Shown here: positions 53,891 to 64,000 of the stretch, in pieces
How positions within the stretch are numbered: position 1 is the first letter of the stretch
How the letters are laid out: every line of letters begins with the position of its first letter
Assembly: GCA_964016885.1 (NCBI GenBank)
Contig: OZ024740.1
Span: 328,786,001-328,850,000, forward strand
Direction of reading: 5' to 3'
Length of the DNA: 64,000 nucleotides
DNA from: Eledone cirrhosa
Lineage: Eukaryota
Made by a program: the position numbers and the translations under genes
The notes under the pieces: model-generated
Databases searched by the model: none
Told to the model about the DNA's origin: nothing
Seen by the model: the letters and a program-made list of their open reading frames with translations, nothing else

Positions 53891-54045
53891 ATTATTGAAC
53901 ACTCAACTGACAAAAAAATACTTTTTATTAATTATTAAATAATAGTAGGGGTTTGATCATCGGATAAATGTGTAGTATTGTTTTCCTGTTCTTTACGTTC
54001 TAATCAAATTTGCCTTTCATCCTTTCGCGGTCGATAAAATAAGAC

Positions 54046-54270
54046 GTGAGTCTCGCGAGCTGGAATGGCTCTTCTAGCGCAACTTCCTTACCATCCTCTG
54101 GGGAAACGCCTTCTCCATTTTGTCCGCCGGGGCTCTGGGGAGGCCAGCATGTGGGACCCCATTTGCTCACCATATGGAGAGATGGGGAGTGTGAGAGAAA
54201 TGGAGCCGATGGCAGTGGGAGTTCGTCTCTTCCACGTTCGGACCATATCCTTGTGGTTGTGTTCATCAAG
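54046..54270 (+). mobile_element. Second CRE-like 3' fragment, nested in a SINE
   Basis: Collinear with about 10787-11005; preceded by SINE central domain ending gataaaataag and followed by SINE 3' sequence. Confidence 0.7.
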
Positions 54271-54320
54271 CCCTAGTGCAGTAATAGGATTGAGTCAAGT
54301 ACTAGGGTAAATTTAAATAC

Positions 54321-54351
<31 letters not shown>

Positions 54352-54390
54352 ACACAAAACTATTGGCTTTGATCCTAAAGTAGAAGATAT

Positions 54391-54605
54391 AAGGGCGCTG
54401 AATTGGTAGAATCGTTAGTAAGTCGGACAAAATTCTTTGAAATATTTCTTCTGGCTCTTTACGTTCAAATCCCACCGAAGTCAACTTTGCCTTTAATCAT
54501 ACCGGTGTCGATTAAATAAAGTACTGGTAAGTACTGTGTCGATGTAATCGACTTTCCATTTCCAGCCAAATTGCTGGCCTTGGGCCAATGCCTGAAAGAA
54601 TTAAT
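54391..54605 (+). mobile_element. tRNA-type SINE, related subfamily
   Basis: agggcgctgaattggtagaatcgttag head, gttcaaatcccaccgaagtcaactttgcctt central part and tail. Confidence 0.85.
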
Positions 54606-56107
54606 TATTATATAATGAAGAGCCCGTACTGTATAACGAAACAAATTCAGGTTTGTTGCTTTTTCGTTTCCAAGTGGACAGCTATTTACCTTAAATTACA
54701 TCAATAATATCTTTTAGAAATGCACAAACAAGAAAAGGATCTATATCACTGAGAGTCATCGTGAACAAAGAAAGCTTCCTCTACGCAAATACCGCAATGA
54801 AATCTTCCTAATCCGACAGTGACTAAAATGTGGGGCCATTCATGTTTCGAAACTTTGTATGGCTGATATGAAACTAAACAACAATAAGAACAACAAAAAT
54901 AACAGCAGCAACAATAATATGAAGAAGAATAGAAATCAACATTAAATAATATTTCATATGTAAAAAAACAATGCATTTTAAATGAAAACAACAACAAAAA
55001 CAACAAACATGTTGGTAACCAATCCAATAATTTGTCGGTATCTACACTAGTGATCTAACCGCAGATTCTAAATCTTCCATCCTTTCTTCATATATAGTCC
55101 GTATTGATATTGTGCACAACAAAGAGAGTCGTTTGCTTTGTAAGAACATTTGAATAAGAAATGTCATTATGGGATGCGATTATTGAGTCTGAAAATGTTA
55201 AAAGGTGAACTTCTTATTCAGAGAACAGCTGTTAAAAGTTGGAGAAATGACGATGTACAAACAATGGTGAAACATTTATTTCTAATTGCATCCGGGTATT
55301 AAATTGACAAGCTTTATAACTACAGAAGATGATGTCTGCTAAATTAATTTTTTCGATCAATAACGATAAATCAGATACTGATTGTATTCCTTCACATGAA
55401 CCGATATATTTCCAATAATATCCCATGAGTCTAGTCAGAATATCAGAGGAGTGGCTTACAGAAAACGACAAAGATATTGATACAGATAGATAGATAGAAA
55501 GTGTGGTTGAAAGAGAAAAGAGATATTGAGATAAATATCGGGAAACAAAGTACGGAAGAAGGGGGAGATGAAATGTGAGAGAAAAATCTATTTTGCTTTA
55601 CTTACTACACTACATTGACAAGAAATACATAAGTAATTTAAACACATAACACCAATTGTAACAACGACATTAACAACAATAACTAAGCGTTAAAAGTAAC
55701 CATAAACGTAAGCCAATATGTAGTCGATCAGATGCTAAAAGTAGTACAACCAAAGGTCCCTCATAACCAACGTCTTAAGTAAAAAAATAACATATTAGAT
55801 AACTTAGTCTAAGTTATCATATGTCTGATAAAAGACGCGTTGTACCGTGTTTTGAACATAGGAATATTTGATTGAGGTTGACATGAGACAAAAGAACAAG
55901 AAGGAAAATAAGAGCAATGACAACAGTCAGAGGAAAACGAAAAAGAACAATAAAAACGTTTACAAATATCACAATTCCTTTCTTAGATAATATGTGTAAC
56001 ATATTATCTGCAAGTGAAATATCTTGGATCATCATTATTCTATTATTCTATGCTGCTTTTCTTCCACTCAACCATCCTCTGCCTTTCCCACTTGTGTATA
56101 TTTGGCA

Positions 56108-56250
56108 TGGGTGGTGAATTGGCAGGTAAGTAAGAGCGTCGAACCAAACGACGTGCGATATTTATTCCGAACAATTGCGTTCTATGTTCAAATCAAGCGG
56201 AGATCAACTTTGCCTTTCAAGCTTCCTGGGTTGATAAATATAATAACAAT
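56108..56250 (+). mobile_element. Diverged SINE copy
   Basis: gggtggtgaattggcag head and gttcaaatc..caactttgcctttca. Confidence 0.65.
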
Positions 56251-57266
56251 CTAGGATGTTGACTGACTTGTGGTATTTGTCGGATAGGGGGATTTGTGAT
56301 ATATGTTCTTGTCCCATGCATTCTAAGTTTATATTTTCATGTTTCTTAACTGAGTAATAAACTAGTCGGTCTCCGGTTTAAAACCAACACATGACACTTG
56401 GGTGCCTTTATTGGAGTCTACATTATTGCAAGTGTTATTTTATTTCATAATCCGGCGAATAAAGACCCAACATTTCAAACACCTACTATATATTTGTGTG
56501 TTTACGTGTGTGTCTGTTGATATACAAGCTTTATGTTTTGTGTCTATTTTCATAATTAGATTGAAATAATTATTGGCATCGGTATGATCGAATGAAACAT
56601 TGAAAACAATGCCTCATTTTGTTTACAGTCTACCGATTGCTACCAATATAAGTGTAAAAGTGTATATAGGGTAATCAGCACTTACGTGTTTGGCGTTCCA
56701 GTAATGATTTATTGTTATGTTCTTTTCAAGTGGAAACTAAGTGAATTTCTCAGATTAGACAGGAAAATATTGACAATAAATAAGGATTTTATCTAATAGA
56801 CACTAACCATAATTCCACAAAAAAATATCTTGTAAACATTGAAACGACCCGGTGCAAATAACTCCAAACTATGGGTAAAAAATAAAAGGAATTTTTTCAG
56901 ACCAAAGCAGCCAGCAAATATAAAACGGTGAATTTCATAAAAACACCTGAGAGATGGATAGAAAAAACAAAAACAAAAACAGAATTCGATTTAAATACTA
57001 AGAATTAAACTGAAAAGAGGATTACAGAATATTCCGATAGAACTTCTAAATAAATCAGAAGGCCAAGAAACAAAATGCATCCTGGCTCAGAGGCGCGAGA
57101 TACAGGGGTTTACAATAAGATGTGAAAGAGACACACTAGAAATTGACCATAAATTATAATGGAGCTGCACAAAATAAACGAACAATAACAAACAAACGGC
57201 AGAACGTGTGAGGGCTTTTACAATAAACAATATTATGGTTATTGTCTTGACCATTAAAAAAATAGA

Positions 57267-57410
<144 letters not shown>

Positions 57411-57948
57411 GTTTGTTTAATAACATCTGGTCGAGAGCTTATTCTGATGATTAGCGGAAATTAAAATATTTCCTTTGTCTAACATTTTGAATGACCCGCC
57501 AAAAACCGGGGTTATTTCCCTTGCTGGAAATAACACGTGACAGCTAAAGATACGATACGCTGCAAATTAGCGGAAACATTTAGCCTTTTCGCCCCGTCCT
57601 GGGTAGAACGAAAACCTGTTGATGAATTAAATCCTCTGTTCGATCATGAATAGCATAAGCTTGCCAGTCACGTAAGTCTGATATTTGATTTCGGATTCCT
57701 AGAAACACTTTAAACGTATAATTGTTTGATTTGTCCAGGTGCATTTTTCTCAACCTGTTAGTTCTATCGTTACTTTGGTATATTGTGTGTTAGATTTAGC
57801 CTACCACAATGTTCGATTTGTCAAGCTATTTAAACGTATGTTATTACTCTAAGGACCTACCTTATCGAGTGCTTTGCTAACTCATCATTTCATATAGTAG
57901 GCCGAATTTGCTTGCAAACCGCCAGAGATTCGATTTTACTAAGTATCC

Positions 57949-58085
<137 letters not shown>

Positions 58086-58514
58086 GAAAAAGTAATAATC
58101 GTCAAGGCTCAATATATTAATACATTATTTAATTGATTTACATCTGTTAGATTCAACTACAAAGGAGATAGCATTTAATTCCTTTGTTGAGAAATCGTCA
58201 GAATCACTATATAATATAAAAATATTACGTAAACAATTTCATATTAAGGGAAAGCGTTACAATTTATGGAAGGCTAGATATGTCGGAATTTTTTAACTGT
58301 ATAAATTATCTAGTGGTTAGTTTGACTTGTATTTGACTTGAATACATTGAAGTTAGGGCCTATCAATTTAAAACCGTTTATTCTCTAATATCAAAATGTA
58401 CAAATTTGCTTCGACTCTGAACTATCTTTCGGCAAGCTTGATGTGGATAAACTTACATTAGAGCTTTACATATCTGAATGCCTTATACAGTTGTATCATC
58501 AACTCATATAATCC

Positions 58515-58578
<64 letters not shown>

Positions 58579-58579
58579 G

Positions 58580-58686
<107 letters not shown>

Positions 58687-59299
58687 TCCTGTAGGACCTA
58701 TTCTAAACGCCTCCCCCTTTTAACGCACACACGCATATATATATATGTATATAAAATATAGAATAAGAAAAAAGTTATTTGTTACTAATATACAGGACAT
58801 CTCAATGGAAATTTAGCTAAAATTATCTAAATCAGAGACGCATATGAATATTGTTTATTGTATGCCAAAGTCTCCATCGGGCAGTATACAAGCAAAACTA
58901 ATCGAGTACAAAAGTGTTTCACTCGCATCTTAACCCTAACTTCAGTTTCAGGAATTAAGAAACAATATTAATAATCTCAATAAATTAAGACAACAAAAAT
59001 CGAAATAGAATTCCTTCAATAGACGGGTTCTTTGGAAGGAGAAATGAATATGTACTTGTTAGAAAACAGACCTAATCCTTATCTAACCAGCATGGTGCGT
59101 ATAGTTACACATATGCGTGGTTCAATCACTGAAGAAATATCTCTAAATCAAGGGCAATATGACAGGTACAAAATGACGCTGAAAATAACACCCATGAATC
59201 CTGTTTACAGCAAGTCAACAACAAAGGAATAGTAAATATCAAACAGCTAGTTTTGCTTGCATTCTACCCTATGAAGACTTTGGCATAACTTAAACGTTG

Positions 59300-59348
<49 letters not shown>

Positions 59349-59374
59349 CGGGAGAGAGATAAAGAGATAGAGAG

Positions 59375-59800
59375 ATCATCACATCATCATCAGGCGGTCT
59401 CAGCTGAAATCGACTCAACAATTGATTTCCAGGTGGGTCTGTCGTTCATTGCCGTTGTCAAGTCCTGGATTTCAATACCAGAATCTCTGGAGATGACATC
59501 GGTATAGGAGAGTTTGCGCCCCCTGTTACTAGCGACTGCTTGTGGTTTCCAAAGCTCTAATGGGGACACAGCCTCATGGGTGGCACTATGGCACTGGCCA
59601 GCAAATCTTACTCTCCTTTTACGTACAACGACAGATATGTGTGGGAGGCATATATCTCTCTTAAAGTCAGATGTTGCCAGCTTATGTTCTGAATGCGTTA
59701 AAGCAGGTGAGTGTAAATGCCATGAAGGTGCTTTTGTTGTTTGGATGAAAGCGTCCATATAGCAAGATTGGTTGAATTGTTACTTGGAAGACTCTGATCT
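59375..59800 (-). mobile_element. 3' end of an RTE-like LINE
   Basis: RKRRVRFAGQCHSA..LWKP..RGRKLSYTDVISRDSG..DLTTAMNDRPTWKSIV followed directly by a (TGA)n-type tail. Confidence 0.85.
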
Positions 59801-60265
59801 TGGTGTGGCTGGAAAGATTTGATAGAGAGCTATGTAGATAGGTAGATAGAGAGGTCGATAATGATGCCGATGAAAGGCATAACAGAATTGGATATTTCGA
59901 AATTTAATGTAATGGAAACCACGGGGTAGCTCAGAAACATTAGTGAATAATGCTAATTCATGCAGACAGCAGATGAAGGTAATCGTTGAGGTATTGGTGC
60001 TAAAACCAAAAGAAAGCAGTTCTCACAAACGCTTTTTTCAGCTCTAACACACAGCATTCTATCTTTAAATAAATGGAGAAACTTTCGAAATATAAACATC
60101 TTAAAATAAAGATAACCGGTATGTCGGGATTGAAAACAGAAATAAAGCAATAATAATAAGTGACTCGTGAAGGATGAAAAACGTTGCAAAGAAATACAAC
60201 GCCCCCCTGATATATATGTAATATATATAACATACAAAAGGAGCACTAGCAGGAACGCACTCCAC

Positions 60266-60344
<79 letters not shown>

Positions 60345-60358
60345 ACACACGCACACAC

Positions 60359-60457
<99 letters not shown>

Positions 60458-60664
60458 TATACAAACACATGCCAATATACATATAAAGTCAAGTGCATGG
60501 AAAAATATAGAAAGCACAAAAACAAAACCGAACATTGCACTTATCCAAGGCAGAGAGATTTGAATTCGGCTGTCCAGTGCAAGAAGGCAATAAAAACATA
60601 CTACTGGCATGATAATACTGAGATGAATAAAACGAAATCATCATCATCATCAGCAGCATCGTGA

Positions 60665-60726
60665 TCTTCTTCTTCTTCTTCTTCTTCTTCTTCTTCTTCT
60701 TCTTCTTCTTCTTCTTCTTCTTCTTC
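60665..60726. repeat. (CTT)n microsatellite
   Basis: Direct reading. Confidence 0.95.
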
Positions 60727-62852
60727 ACTGCTGTGGCTCAAGGACTTTTAAGAATTGCTAGCACTTTTGACGTATTCCAGTAGAAACTCTTCAATTCAGG
60801 TTTTTACTGATAAAAAACAAAAAAACAAAACACACACACACACAACCCAAACCAAAGCAAAGCAAGACAAAACAAGCAAAAAAAAAAAAATTATTCACTA
60901 CGAAGTCAAATCAGCTTCACTGAGCGATGTGATTTAAATGGTTCAAGTGAGCCACCAGGAAGCAATAATGTCACAAATAAAAAGAAACAAAACCGACAAC
61001 ACAAAAATCAAAAACAAAAGAATAAACAACATCAACCACAACTTGAAGGCATTTTCGTTGCTGTAAGGAAGTATGAGATGTTATCGGTATAAACTGCTGA
61101 AATAATTGTTGAAAATGTGCAAATTTATTTTTCTTGATCTTGATTCTTTTTCAAATCGAATTTTTACTGCTCGAATTACCTAATCACAATTTTTCAGTCT
61201 TTTTCTTATGTGTTAAAATTCTTGTATCTAAATAGAACTACTATAATATCCACTTTTCTTCCCGTAAAAGTAAAGAAAAACATACAATTTATTGAACCAT
61301 AATAGTAAGTCGAAAGTTATATTTACTACTATGGATTATTTCAGTGATTATATACAGTATATGACTATAAAACAGGGTAATGCTAAGGCTATATCTAAAG
61401 CATTATTGCAACTTCGATTACTTGGCATCACTCTTTAGGTGTAAGTCTTCTGTTGACCGAAGGCTATATTGATATTTAGTTCATTAGGTTTCATTCGCTT
61501 TGTCACTAACTCTTCCCATATTCTGATAGTCACACAAAGTCTTATGAAGTTTTTTCTTTTGTACAGCTGTGTGTGTGTGTGTGTGTGTGTGTCTGTGTGT
61601 GTGGGTGTGTGTGTGTGTGCGTGTGCGTGTGCGCATGTGTGTGTGTGTGCAAAAATCAGATATAGATTAAAACCTGGCTACTAGTATATTGTGAAATTGC
61701 GAAGATAGATGCTACATATGAAATAAATCATTCAACCTGTTTGGAATATTCCATTATCACCAGCCAGAATCGTTCATTGTTTGCTATAATCCAAGGTCAA
61801 TTTGACTTGCCATACTCTAAAAGACTCAATAACTCAATAAATAGAAAATCAACAGGTTAACTTTATTCGTTTTCTAGTGCTTCACAGAAATAGTTGCATT
61901 TCCGATATAATACTATATATTTACAATAGAAACAATAAATATTTATGCGACGTAGCGTTGTATTTAAAGTTATCATAGTAATATGAGAGTCCATTGTGGA
62001 AGACACTAAACTAGAGCAAGAAGAAAAGAGAGTTGAACGTTCTACAAAAAGTTAATTGTTCAAACTAAAGAGAGAGGTTTTGCTTAACCTGTATCATATT
62101 TAAGCTATATACATACAACAGCGTTTAAATATTTATTTAATTAATTAATTAATGTCAATAGTTACTTAGTCTAGAATTTAATGTTGCTTAAAAACAATTC
62201 AATCACTTTTAATATAACGTAACCTAATAATGTTAACTATTATATTTAAAAAAAAGAATGTAGTTAATATTGGCTACTGCTCAATATTGTGCAGCCTATG
62301 ACATAGTGAAATTATCGATTTTAAAAATACTAATGTTCTACGTAATCGATATTAGTTATGCATTAATTTATTTTCCGATATTATTTTCATATAAAAATCT
62401 GAAATAATTATTAAAAATCCGAAAATTTGTTTTTCTGATTTTGGTTCCTTTTCAAATAAAATTTTTCCTGCCTGAATTACATAATTACAATTTCTTTGTA
62501 TTTCTGTGATGTTAGAATACTTGTATGTAAAGCAAATGATTACAACATACGCTTTTCTTCCCGATAAAGTAAAAAAAATTACCTTTTACTAAACCATAAT
62601 AGTAAGTCGTATTTTAAGGTATATGGTTATTTATTTTTTCTCGTCTGATAAAAGCTTGTCCGTAAGACATGGATTGCACAAATACCCAAACCCAGTGAAT
62701 ATAAATAGGAATATGCAACAGAAAACGATATCAAATATGAAAAATTAACATCAAGTCTTCGTATTAATTCTTGTATTTTACTACGTTGTATACCAACCCG
62801 TAATGACTTATACCATACCAACAGCACAATCGGTGTGGAGTGGAGTGCTTAT

Positions 62853-64000
62853 ATAAACTGGAAATATTCTACCAACTTGTAGAAAACTTATAATGAAACA
62901 ATTGTTTGGAAAGAGAGATAAATTTTAATTATATCTCATATAAAATAATACAACTGGCTTTCCACAAAATACATATAGTTAGCACCCCAAACACTAAATT
63001 GGGATTATACTAACGTATATCCTAATGTTTGTTGAGTGAGATGGTTACCAGTCGGAGTTTAGCTTAAAGCTTTCTCTGTTATTGTATTAAATATTTTACT
63101 CTCGATTTGGCCAGAGATTTATATTTCCAGATGCCTTATAAACGTAACTTTCCGTATTTATTACTGTTATGAGATATTGTTTGTTATTTAAGTAACACTT
63201 CTCTGTTTTTAGCCTAAGAAAATATCTATATGCGTGTGTAATTAATACATGCATACATTTATTTTTTAAAAATTAATTGAGTTCTTAACACGCAGGATTG
63301 ATAATGATTTTGAAAAAACTAATTAACCCACGTGTATTAAATATTTTACTCTTAATTTGGCCAGAGATTTATATTTCCAGATGCCTTTTAAATGTAGCTT
63401 TCCGTATTTATTACTGTTATGAGATATTGTTTGTTATTTAGGTATCACTTCTCTGTTTTTAGCCTGAGAAAATATCTATATGCGTGTGTAATTAATACAT
63501 GCATACATTTATTTTTTTAAAATTAATTGAGTTCTTAACACGCAGGATTGATAATGTTTTTGAAAAAACTAATTAACCCACGTGTATATTATTTTACTTT
63601 TCTTGTGACTCGCGATTGTCTCCCTTTTCCGCTTTGTGACGCTATGATATTTCCTCAGTCTAAAGACTGCTGGAATTTCAAATTTGGCGGTCATTCGATG
63701 CGTCAAGGGATGACTTAGCGGACACGAAATATAACTGCGGTAAGAAATCTTTTCTTATATCAAAGTTTAATGGGCATCCACTGATGATTTATAAGTGCCC
63801 ACCTACATATATTCTTACAGGAAAATATGTTAGGCTTCTACATAAACTGGAAATATTCTCCCAACTTATAGAAAACTTATAATGAAACAATTGTTTGGAA
63901 AGAGAGATATATTTTAATTTTAATTATATCTCATATAAAATAATACAACTGGCTTTCCACAAAATACATATAGTTAGCATCCCAAACACTAAATTGGGAT
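62853..64000. repeat. Direct repeat with period about 990 bp running off the window end
   Basis: 62853-63005 recurs at 63842-64000. Confidence 0.85.
63083..63587. repeat. Two near-identical tandem 250-bp units
   Basis: tgtattaaatattttactct starts at 63083 and 63333. Confidence 0.92.

Noticed and set aside
58860-59300. Diverged ~40-bp inverted repeats with an HHR-like remnant near 59265
   Set aside because: Too degenerate to assign, though probably another old PLE-type cassette
63771-63800. gggcatcca CTGATGA..gtgccc as HHR or C/D snoRNA
   Set aside because: No GAAA or D box in the required arrangement

Overview
AT-rich, microsatellite-saturated animal genomic DNA. The SINE repertoire and (TA)n/(CA)n load suggest an octopus or other cephalopod (inference only). 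Almost all entries in the ORF track are microsatellite artefacts. There is one convincing host coding exon: a 354-aa multi-pass TMEM121/CECR6-like membrane protein (23385-24449, minus strand, preceded by a splice acceptor). The rest is mobile DNA: a near-full-length but disrupted R4/Dong-like RT + restriction-like-endonuclease retrotransposon with two 3' fragments stacked upstream in (TACA)n, an older R4-like relic, a 5'-truncated Penelope-like element (GIY-YIG), a mariner relic, CRE and RTE 3' ends, non-autonomous Helitron termini and many tRNA-type SINEs, several with target-site duplications. The most striking feature is about 15 type I hammerhead-ribozyme (HHR) motifs from roughly eight sequence-unrelated families, on both strands. 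They lie in short palindromic or terminally redundant cassettes beside (TA)n tracts. Their inversion points repeatedly fall inside the ribozyme, many share a YGAGTRC motif before the TA tract, and one family has a fixed non-canonical core (CAGAAGA). All folds and alignments were done by eye; no activity is shown.
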